64,000 bases of DNA from Amphiscolops sp. MND2022 (lineage: Eukaryota), in assembly GCA_964187785.1 (NCBI GenBank), contig OZ076409.1:56360001-56424000 (forward strand). The letters run 5' to 3'. Shown piece after piece: positions 1 to 11,500 of the stretch. A program made the position numbers and the translations under genes. Position 1 is the stretch's first letter, and each line of letters starts with the position of its first letter. The notes under the pieces were generated by a model that was given only the letters and a program-made list of their open reading frames with translations, was not told the DNA's origin and did not search any database.

Positions 1-241
1 AGTTTGCTTTGTATTATAATGTATAAAAGTAGTAACAATGCTGTGCTCTCAAGTAACAAAATTCGGTCAATAGGTGCAGCAAATTTTTGAGAATTGTTGT
101 ATACTTTTCAGTTTAAAAAACTTTTTCGATAGATAAAGGTAATGTCCGAAGTTATCACAACGACTTAGTCAGAAATTGGAGACGACAAGAAATTTTTTTA
201 TGAAAAGAATAAATTATACCATTGAAAACAGCTCACATGTC

Positions 242-382
242 TTACCATGGTTATCTTGCCACGATCTTGCCATGATCTTGCCATGATCTTGCCATGATCT
301 TGACAAGGGTACCATAGTTAACCATGATTTAGCAAGATTAACCATGATCTTGGCAAGCATAGCGTGTCTTCGATCGCTGGGA
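242..382. repeat. 11-bp tandem repeat (ATCTTGCCATG)n, probable subterminal region of a DNA-transposon fragment
   Basis: About 5 near-perfect units plus degenerate ones. A related motif recurs at 56230-56310 and 57080-57120. Confidence 0.6.
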
Positions 383-1218
383 GAACATAAATATCATTTG
401 ACTTTAAATGAGACCGCTTGTTTAATGTCTTTGGTTTGATTGGAACAAGATCCGAATATATCGCTTCGCTATAGACAGCGTATAACAGATTTCTAAAGAT
501 TATTTTGAGGGTAATATTGAACTGTACTTCAGCGTAAATGGTTACCAATTCCCTATTTTTAAACTAACCCATGAGTTGCAATTAGTCGGAAATTTGAATA
601 ACTTTCCATTTCTATGTTTCGAATAATGAACTCAAGAAAATACAGTTGAAAAGTATATTTAATTTTTCAGTATTCTTTACCATTGTACGCTTTTTTTGTG
701 AAAATATAAGTTTGCGGAAAAGTAAATAACCAGCAATAGACCGGTAAAATGTAGCCAAATAGGTTCAAAGAAAAAAATTCACCTGAAAGGAAACTGCCAG
801 GAGCTTAAAAATCATGAATTTTAGGTTGAACTTTCACAGAAAAGTGCCATGGATAAAAGTGTCCAGATGTTTTGTTGCTTGCAACGGTTGTAAAATTCAT
901 GAAGTATAAAATCATGAATAATGATGTGAGACAAATTTTAGTGATGATTTTCAGTGACCTGTGAATAAAAGTTGGACAAAAGGATCACCTAATAACCACT
1001 GAGAAATCAAAGGAAGGCCTCTTTGTGCGTATTTCGGAGCCAAAAAATGACAAATAATTTTAAAAAATTTGAGAATAGATAGATTTCACAGCGTAGTGTT
1101 CGCAGCGTAAACTCAATCCGGCTGTTTTCTTTTCCTTTTCATTTAAAAAGAACCCGATGAATTGCATCTAAAACGGCTTTTAATAATTTTGCTACTGCTG
1201 CTGTAATTCGTATAAAAT

Positions 1219-1893
1219 ACAAGCCGGGACCGGCCCAAGTCGGCGCCATATCCAAGGCTCAAAAATAGCAAAAAGACTTCCAAGTGTCAAGTATTCTTTT
1301 ACAGTAGTCGAAAATCGAAAATTTTTCGAAAAATTTTTTTTTGAAAAAATTACATACTAAAAAAATGGACCGAGTGGCGCGCCGGGGCTCGCTAGCGCGA
1401 GCCCCTGGCGCGCTAACGTCTCACAATGCCGAAAAACTGAAAGGGGGGACCCTTTGAGGTTTTTCAACATCCATTCTGTCGCAAAACATGAAAAAATTGA
1501 AGAAATTTTTTTTATTTTCGGGAAAAAATCTCACAATGCCGAAAAAAACTGAAAGGAGGAACCCTTTGGGATTTTCCAACATCCATTCTGTCGCAAAACA
1601 TCAAAAAATGCAGGGGGGATCCTTTGAGGGAAAAAAATTTCGAAAAAAAATCCGAAAAAAAATGTCTCGCAGTGCCGAAAAAAAATTGAAAGGGGGGACT
1701 CTTTGGTCTCGCCCGGTATGGTATGTTACGCGGAAAAACAGGTAAAACCATTTTGGTCCAGTTCGCCAAATGGTGCAATTTGACACCATAATATTTTGTA
1801 GAACTTTTAAGAACTATTTTGGTCAGTTCGTGTGGATAGAAAAAAAAGAGTCACTATAATAGTCGCGTTTCACTTCATGAAGCGCCGACTAAA
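1219..1893 (-). mobile_element. HINE/Helentron-type non-autonomous element, family A (full length)
   Basis: Read on the minus strand: T-run, AGTCGGCGC subTIR with fold-back, ~110-bp GGGACCCTT core repeats, GCGCCGACT subTIR, stem-loop GCCG-GTCC-CGGC, TTGT. Closely similar inverted copy at 55530-56114. Confidence 0.8.
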
Positions 1894-2159
1894 AAACCAA
1901 GGGTGAATCAATACATCTGACTTAACCCCAAGACAAAAAGTTGTTTCGCAAATCACTATCATGTCTTACTTTACATCAATTATTCACGGTGCCGTTGATG
2001 TCTGCAATTTGGGTGCGTGAATCTTATTTTAGGGTAGGTGCTAAAAATTACCCAATTGAATTTCTTGTGTTGCCCAGTTGGATGAAAGCTTGCCCAGTTC
2101 AACATTATGCAAATTTAGGGAGTCTGCGTGTATACGAAGAGCTTATAAGAGTGACTCAC

Positions 2160-2572
2160 CCCAAGCAAAGAGGGCACACTTGATGAAGAGTGAGGAGGAG
2201 ACTTGGCTCTCGGAAGCGTGCACGGAGCTGACTAGGGAGGGTGCGTGTGCATTGGGGTGACCCCCGTGGGTGTTGTTAGAGGTCATGAGCACGTTGGCAG
2301 AGTTGCCTCCTTGGGCTGAGTTCATGGTCAGAGAGGTCATGTGAGGGGTGGCAGGGGGTCGGGTTACGTTGTTGTAAGAGAAGAGGGCGTCTACCACGTG
2401 CCACATGACCGAGGCCAGCAGGAAGAAGTGAAGGGCGACCCCGACTGCGTTGCACAGGTGCTGGTCCTGGAACCGGGTGCGCACAGCTGCCGCCAGAAAT
2501 GATATGTTGAGCAAAACCAGAGCCGTCGCCAAACTCAGAACCACGTTGCCAGAGGCTTCTCGCCGCAAAGAC
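2160..2572 (-). CDS. aGPCR exon: ICL1-TM2-TM3-long ICL2-start of TM4 (..FAWG)
   Basis: 413 nt, phase 2-1, acceptor ggtgttag, donor gtgagt inside the Gly codon of W-G. Matches ORF 2143..2601. Confidence 0.92.
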
Positions 2573-5500
2573 CTAACACCAAAACAACCAAATATTAACA
2601 ACTATTAAAGCATTGATTCCCATATTTGTTCATGCTAAGATTCGTTCTCAATGGGACATCAAAAGAATGGGTCTTTGAATCCACCAGGATATGAGAATTG
2701 ATCAAGTTCGTGTACAATTTGAAGATATGTTGAAGTATTGCGTCATTGTAGCAGTGGACTAACCCAAATAGGCAATAGGTAATAATGGTCAAGGTGTATG
2801 CAATGATTGCGAGTCCGGTGCCGACGAAAGGCAGGATTGACGGGGCCAGTTCGCCCTCTAGCGTCATACTCATAGCCCGCTGAAACAAAAATGGAGGCAT
2901 ATGACAACGATTTTGTTTTTGGAAAAACTGATACGCACGCATTCACTGGCTGCTTTTGCACCGGGTAATTGATCCGATGTATAAATTGTATCATAAACAG
3001 AATTAACTCAATTTCTCGGCCAACTATTATGAAGTATTTGGATTTAGTTATTAGTCGTCTAGAATAATCGATTCAGGAAGTTTGATGATCAAAAATTGTT
3101 GACTGTTATAAACATAGTCCAAGAAGTGTACAAAGTAACTCTTTGTTTGAACAATATTTTTTCCTCACACAATAGTGGACAATATATATAATATGTACTA
3201 TATTTATTGTTTGCCAAAAACAAATAAATATATTTATTTTTTAAAAACATATTCAAATATATTTTTTACATCGCTGCTTACAAGTGGGTAAGTAGTTCAC
3301 TTACCATGAAAACTGTGAAGCTAGTGAGATGGGTGGACTGGCAGAGGGTTCCGTTGGCATGGGGCCGAGTAATCAGCCCTGTTTGAGACCAGTAGCGAGC
3401 TGAAACGAAACAGAAAAAACATCACCTAAAACATTTAAAGAAACTTGCAAGGATAACATGTTTCGTAAGAAACTTGCAAGATAAGTGCAAGATTTCATTT
3501 TTTCCAAACAAGGGCAGTTAGTATATAACGGAAGTCGGCTGCCAAAGATTGTTACCGCCACCAAAACGATGGAACAAGTTTCATCAAATAAAGAGGATGG
3601 AACTTTGTTGAAAATTTAGTTAAAATTTTACTTTAATTAGTTAGATGGCCTTTTTTCACCCGTAAGTTTCCTAATTTTTCAGAAATTCAGTTGAATCATT
3701 TAAATTTTAAAATTCATTAAAATGTGGTGTAAACAGTGGAATGTCCGATAAACTATGTTTTTACTGTTGCCTCTTCGAAAATTCAGCATCTTGAAGAAAC
3801 GACGTCAAGGAAATGGACCGGTTGGAATAATATTTATGGAAGTCCAGTCTTTCGTCTTGCAGAATATTCTCTTGCAGAAATCTTTCAGTCTTTCTCAAAA
3901 ACTTGGTGCGTTTATTATGTTGAGACTCAGTTCAGATTAACGAGCGAGCATGTGCTGATCCATTCAATTCTTTTTATGATATCTAGATGCTGTAAAATAT
4001 ATATTTTATGAAGTTATTACTCTGCCAACAATCATATTCCTGCTTTTCTTTTCCCACGTGGTTTCCGTTTTCCATTTTCCGTGGTAGTCAGTGCGTTATC
4101 CCGACATGGCGTGGCGAAGCGTTGGAAAAGGGACGTAAACTAATAAAGTCGATGTTTTTTTCAAAGAAAATTAGTCAACAATATCAAAAACATGCTCAAC
4201 AAAAATCACCTTGAATTTTTTTCGAATATGGGAATAGTGTTATGGAACAATGGACATCATCAAGTCGTTGGTTCGAAGCTTGCCACAAGTCGGGAATTTT
4301 CTGGTCATTTTGGCATTTTGGTGGTTCGGTGAGCTACACAGTTCGTTCAATTATTAGGGGAAAATAGTCTAACTTTTATTCTATGCTTTGTCAGATAAAA
4401 CGCTAGTGGCTTTTCGTAGTTTTTTCCGACCCGCTTTATAACGACGTTAAAAGTTATGTTATATTATAGACCTAAGATCTAAGGAAGGTCAACTTTTGGC
4501 ATTACGGGCTTGTTTCTTTTACTGAACGAATCATAGTTCAACTTAACAATAGAAATATCAAAATTGGGACCATTCACAAAACAACATGGATTTCAATTGC
4601 CGCTCAATTTCTAAAAATGGCTTTTACAATTTTTGAGTCTAGATTTCCTTTTCTATAGATGAACATTAGTAGTATAAGACATTTTGCCAAATAAATCCCA
4701 CTAAATTTCAACGGGAATTCAACGACCGAAAAAGTATTGAATTCAAATACCGACCTCACCATTTGGCTTTGATTATCAGCTTGTCAACTACTTGACTGGT
4801 ATAACTCACGCTAGTGAAACTACGCAGAAGTTGACAAAAACAGAAGTAGTCTATGAAAACACTGCATTTGTTTTACTCTAAAAAACGACGAAGTCTTACT
4901 TACATGTATAAATAGAACTAACACACACTTAATATTACAAACAGTATCGAAACGCTGCCAAGTTCAAAATGAATCTCACAGGCAGCTTGGTAACAGTTTG
5001 AAAATGCCCGTCATGGTTTCATTGAAAAGTGTTCAAAGAGTTTGACAACTTGGAATGCGACCCGAGCTAATAATGTAACACCCCACTGAGCCCAATATTA
5101 AAGACTGACAACCCACTTCGAACTTACTCAACAGATTCCATCGTTGGCACTGGAAAGAACACCGAAGGCTACCAGTGGAAATAGTAATTGACGATCATAA
5201 ATTTACCGGTGCTCACTGATGGATTAGGTCGGAAAGGCAATCCGGAGTAACACATAATAGTAGCTTACTTTGGGGCATTGAATGTTTCGATGTAACATGG
5301 CACCTGATGTTATACAGTTCATCCGTCAATTACCGGAGTCAACATTTGACCTCTACCGAGTTTCGGTCATGGACATACTAGTTATATTTACAAACAAAAA
5401 CAATTGATATAAAACTTTGCTATATCACGTTATGTTTGGTACGCTAGAGTTCGTTTGGCATATAAAGAAACTATTTTAGGAAACTGTTTTTATCTAAAAT

Positions 5501-8500
5501 AAAGTCTACAATACAATATGGCGCAATCAGCAAGTTTTTAAATAAAGCGAAACTTCTTAAACCGAAACCATGACAGAAAAGAATATCGTACCGAACCTAG
5601 AAGTGGAAACATCAGACGAAAACTCAGTATTTACACCCAGACAGTGGTTGGAAAGTTCCGGCAGTTTACGATTATGGAACATAATTTCGAAATCACACCA
5701 CTATTGAAAGGAGAAGACATCACAGACACCAAATGGACCGGGAAAGAAGCCGCAATTCGAGACGATTTTATTTGGGGAGTGGCACCGGAAGCCCTCTACC
5801 AAATAACCCGAGCCGAATACAAAACGGAACCGGACAACATAAAAATAAAAGATCTGATACGGTTATGTACCGAACATTACCTACCGAAACACAATTACTA
5901 CATTGGGAAGATTTCTTCTGGGCTAAACAATCGGAAAATGAAAAATTGGAAGAATTTTGGAGAAGACTAATCGAAAATGAGAAACAATTTCAACACCATT
6001 TCAGTTGAAAAATTATTCATTTCAAAACTTATGGCGGCGATCACCAACAAAAACTTACGGGACAAAATCATGGAAGAACAATTTCTGGACATGAAGAAAA
6101 CAAGTGAACTGATAAAACAAAACACATACGAATAGAAAAATAAAAAAAAAACACAATACCCGAAGTCGTGATTACAACAAAAGAAAAACAAATCATTAAA
6201 GAAGAACCAATACAAGGAATGGAAATATTCGGTTTTAGACCAAAATCACAATTTACCTGAATCCGACCGTGCAGATGTTGCAACACACCGAACTGCAGCC
6301 CATTACATAAGTGCCCCGCATTGGAGTTCAACTGCAATAATTGCGGGAAGGAGGGACACTATGCAAGGCATGCCGGCAGAGAACAAACAATAACCGAACA
6401 GTGAGAAAACTTACACCAAAGAAGAGATAACGCGAAACTTCGGATTGTGCCAAACAAAAAGCGCACCGAGACAGATTTGGAAGACGATGAAGACGATGAT
6501 GACGAAGAAGAAGAAATACCGGAGGAAGCTGGAGTAGTATATGGCATGTGGGAGTGAGGCGGAAGGTTTGAACCAATCCGTATCGATCCCGAGAACGATG
6601 CCATACAAATCCATACTGACGGAGAAACACCTCAGGGTGAGAACTCAAAATTTAATATTAGACGGTCTAACGAAAATGTCAATAAACTGAATAGGTAGTG
6701 TCCCATATCAAGGAATTTTTTGTAGGTGGCTAACACGTTGTTATTGCAGGACCAATTTGGAACCGAACAAAAAGTACTCCCCAACCACTGTCGGAAATGG
6801 TGCAGAAGCAACAGGACTTTCTCCCGGGCGACATGACGCCACCCGGTACGTCGTCACAAATCTATAGAAGCCCGAGAGAGAAGAGGAAATGCTATACGGT
6901 TCATCCGTCATTTACCGGAGAGTCAACATTTAACCTCTACCGAGTTTCGGTCATAGACATACTAGTTATGTTTACAAACAAAAACAATTGATATAAAAGT
7001 TTGCTATATCATTTTCTTTATGTTTTGTACGCTAGAGTTCGTTTGGTATATAAAGAAACTGTTTTAGAAAACTGTTTCATCATACAAGTCTAGAATACAG
7101 CACCTGAATTGAATTACGTAGAAACAAGACGGGAACGTCTAAAGTCGGCGCTATATCTAAGGCTCAAGAAGCGCAAAAAAAATTTTTTCAAGAAAATTTT
7201 TGAAAATTTTTTCTTTCAGAAATAGTGGCATAGTGCCGAAAAATGTAAAAGGGGGGACCCTTTGGGCTTCATCAACATATATTTTGTTGCAAAATATCAG
7301 AAACTCGACAGGGGGACTCTTTTGATACATTAAAAGTTTTTGAAAAAAGTCGCACAATGCCGAAAAATAATTGTAAGGGGGGACCCTTTAGTCTCGTCCG
7401 GTTTTGTAGGCTACGGTAAAATAGTAAAATATGTAAGGGGGGACCCTTTTGCACTAATTTCCGCTGACCGGACTCGGCCTTATGCTAGTAGTTTTAGTAG
7501 TTTCGATTGTAAGAAAAGTGGCCCAATCAGAGTGAGATTGTAGTCTGACGAAAAAAAAAGAAAAAAAACTAGCCACTGTAAGAGTCGGGCACTTTTCTCT
7601 AGAAAAGCGCCGACTAAAAATAATGCTCTTTTTGCAGAAGTGAGAACTACGGGGTAACTTAACCAAGAAAATCCTCAATTTGTGGCTTGAAAAGAGGCAC
7701 CAGTGAAGTCCCTGAAGTGTATCTGTTTTCACAATTACTATTGCATGACTTAACTTTCCAATGGGCGCACTAGTTTCCTGTTCTGTATTTAGCAACAGAG
7801 CTGTACTTTGAACCAGTGACTTATACAGTACCTCTACATTAAAATGAAACATCAATAAGGATTAAGATGCTAACCTAATAATCCTAAAATTAAGTTAAGG
7901 AAAAGCATGCTATCAATTGTTTCATTGACTTAAGAGTATTTTGCTAAGCAAATTGACGCTACGGATATTCCTGTCAATTTCGAAACATCACAAGTTTTTT
8001 TTTGTTTTTAAATAATTGAGTTAGTTTTCATGTAACGTAGGTATGATTTTTTAAAATCTCATTTGGTCGAAAAGCAAAAAAAGTATTAAAGTTTTTTTTA
8101 TTCGTATGAAGAAACCTTTCCAGGCAAAAATTTCATTTATGGTGCACAGATGAGACCAGAAAATTGCCATCAAATCATTAGAATTGAAAAAAAAAACATT
8201 TTGCGAATTCCGTTGGGTGGACGCAGAATAAAAGTTCTGCTTACTAAGACCGTGCCGATAGCTACGATACTAAAATTGCAGTCAAATGGTCAAGCAATGG
8301 TCGACTTAAAGATTTGGTTTCAAAGTGAGTTGCTCAGGTCACAAAGGTATGACTGCTCGCCGTTTCCTACTATATTTTTTTGGTGGCCGAATGTAATATT
8401 TTTGTCACTCGCAATACCACTAAAGCTAGGGACCAAGGAGTTGCAAACGGCGCAGCCCTGGTGAGTTGAGAGATTCGAACCTGAACTGTCCTAATACAGG

Positions 8501-11500
8501 CCGAATGCTCTAACCACTACACCATGAAGGGAAATCCCATTCACAAAACGTTTTGTCATTTCTGGCTCAGTAATATGGCATAATTCTTCTAATAAACATG
8601 CGTCGTTGGCAGGCGGAAATTTTGCCGTATTAACAAACTCAAAAATTTCGTCGTCAGAAATGTCGTCGTCATAAATTTCGTCGTATTGATTAGAGTTAAC
8701 AGCGTTCACAGAAAGATAGCTTTTCAATTATTCAATCATTTAACTATTCACATGATTCTTAAATAGAGTTTCATTTTGACGCTAAAATTGAGTCCAAAAG
8801 TTCATTACATTCAATCAACTCCTCAAAACGCTCATTGAGCAAGCATGTTTCCGTGTTGAACTATTTCACCAACCAGCTTTCGAAAAGTGTGTTTAATCAA
8901 AAAGGTGAAGTGAAATTGAAAGTGAAAACCAAAGAGTGAAACTTACCGTCCTCTTTCCAGAAGACACACAGGGATTCTGTTTTCTGAAACAATAACCAGA
9001 ATAGATAACAAATTAAAATCGAAACAGGCAGGTTTTAATGACGTAACATGATGTAACGGAAAGTATTTTAGTTTTGCCTTTTTGACAACTTTTATTGTTG
9101 GGTTCTTTTTTCATTTATAGAAAGAGGCAGCAGGAGATAGGTCAAGGTTTGTGTTTTGAAGCATGCTCAAACTGCCGAAGCTAATCTGTTGCATAATAAG
9201 CTTCAGTGTTGCAGTTACGGTCGAAATGTGCAATTTTGCCGAGGGACGATAAATTGCGAGAAGGTCGATGTATTTTTTGGTTGTGGGTTTGCTGAAGGTA
9301 AAATTAATCTGGTTTCTTTTTCTTTTTTTTCCTCCGCAGCAGTCGAGAACGATAACCTCAGATGTTTCTGTTTATGGTATGTAATCAGTGCTGGTATATA
9401 ATAATAAGTGGTCAGCTCACGTTTTGGCGTTTGTTGTTGTTGTTTTTTGTTATTAGTAGCATAATTTTTGCTTATGTTGTTGTTCTGTTTCTGTGACTGC
9501 TTTTGTTATTGTTGTGGTAGACGTAGTTGCTGCCTTTGTGTAACAAATTCTTTTGCATACAGTGGTTCCGTTCTAAACAATAACGAATAGCTGACAATGT
9601 GAAATTGTTTTTCTACATTGCTCCCCAACAATTGTGCTGTCAATTTTGGTTCCCAACACTCGTGGCACAACCCTGTTTGCTTCCCCCTAGAACAGGAGAA
9701 CAGCAGCACCGCTACGTACTGTCTACCGACCACCCCCCTTACCTCCTCTTCCGTGGTCACGTGCCGTTTCTTCAGGGATGTTCTGTCTTTTTCCTTTTCC
9801 CTCCGACACGCTTGTAGTTGTAGTGGCAAGTCTGGTCTGCAATTATATTTGCCTCTTTTCCCGGCCAACTATCTATCAGTCTATCGACACAGCGACCAAT
9901 TGTGAAATTATTTTGCAGATTTCGAGAATTTTTCGATTATCATTCTAATCCTGATTGAGCCGCAAGCATCTTCCATTAAATACCTTCCCAAAGACTGTGC
10001 ATGCCGTAAAAACACATGCCACTCTATCGTGGATCGCATCAGATGATGATGCTGTTGATGACGATGACGTAGTAACTCGCGACCGCCCCTCGCTCGTCGT
10101 AGATGGAGAGTATGAAGACTAAACCTGCCGACAGGTAACATGTAATTTCCACTGTTTCCCTTTCTCCACCATTTACTCTTCACGGGATAACAACTATAAC
10201 GTGCTGACGGACAGCTTTAGCCGATGGAAAACTGCAAGTACATAGGAATGTTAAATGCTTATGTATGCAAAATGTTTGAATAAATTATATACAAAATAAG
10301 AAAGCAGTTAGGAAAAAGCGACTGCGATTATTGAGTATTGTGTTTGTGTTTTGTGCTTTTTTGTTTTTTTTTCTCCAATTTTGCATGGTTTGCAGAACAG
10401 TCAACCATAGATGGACGCTCGTACGTTTTAGTATTAGTTTCACGTGAAGAGGAACCGTTTCAATTCCCTGATTTAGTTGGCAGATGAATGAAGCTGGACA
10501 CAGAAGTGCTTCCTGTCCCCCCAGGGGCCGAGAGACGCCATCTTAATCAATGATGCATTTAGCGCTTCCACAACAAAAACCATACGTTTCCTTTTCCATT
10601 CAGTCACCTGGTTCTGTGCCATCCATTATTCACCATTTTATGTGCCATTGACTAGCAAAGCAAAGAAATTCAACTCATACAAATTGAATTTATGCCTGCT
10701 TTTTGTTGCTTCGCCTCATTAGCAAAAATCATATCAATGGCTTTGTTTTCCTTAAACCGCTTAGATATAAAAGACACCATTTATTCAACTTTGGACAATT
10801 AAAATGGTTTTTTGTTCCAAAAAGAATGATTTACTTCAAAAAACTGAAAATTGGAAGCTATGCGAATGGTCGATAAGACACATAATGATATCACGCGGCG
10901 ATGCTTCTTTATTGGATATAGTTTGAATTTAGTGAGGAGTTTCACTTGACTAATATTTTGCAATAAAAAATAAATGAAAAAGCGAAGCAATGAACAAAGC
11001 TGCAGCGCTCTTTTTTAACGGCTTGAAAAACCAACCTTGAGGCAGATAGAATATCAATAATTGAATGTGAATATTGAAATTGATTTTTTTCAAAAAAAGC
11101 GGAAACCCAGTGCTGCGAATTCGTGACTACCCTAGTTTGAAATTTAAGTATCGACTTTAAATGTCTGAATGAAAAATTGTAGCATCTTTCCTGTTCCGAC
11201 TTTCAATAATTTCATATTTTCAGCCAGTTTTTTGTCAGAATGAAGAACATTTTTGAAAAAGGAAAAGTAAAAAATAAGAAATGTGGACAGAAATTGGAAA
11301 GTTATTACGTTGATACCCTATTTGTCGATAGGGCACATGTTCCTAAAAGTTCAAATCAATTTCGTCTGATATTTTTCAGTTTTTTGAGAAAAGCGCGGGG
11401 AAAAGTTTGCTGAAAACAATCGTAGTCTTGAACTTCTGACAAAAATTAACGTTTTTTCTAACTTCCTCTAATGTCTAACCTCTTTGCAACTTTGGTACAT

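Noticed and set aside
682..782. Possible next aGPCR exon (ctttcag|GEFFSLNLFGYILPVYCWLF..), in the right phase and containing YCWL
   Set aside because: It lacks the Pro and hydrophobic run of TM4, is far more AT-rich than the accepted exons, has a weak donor and runs into a stop. Probably chance.
1488..1789. Recurring K/F-rich ORFs (also near 7157, 44211, 52850, 55693, 63459)
   Set aside because: They are chance frames through HINE family A cores and are not conserved in frame between copies.
8460..8527. tRNA gene
   Set aside because: A and B boxes are present but acceptor and anticodon stems do not form convincingly, and it is part of a repeated longer unit, so it is treated as a SINE-like head.
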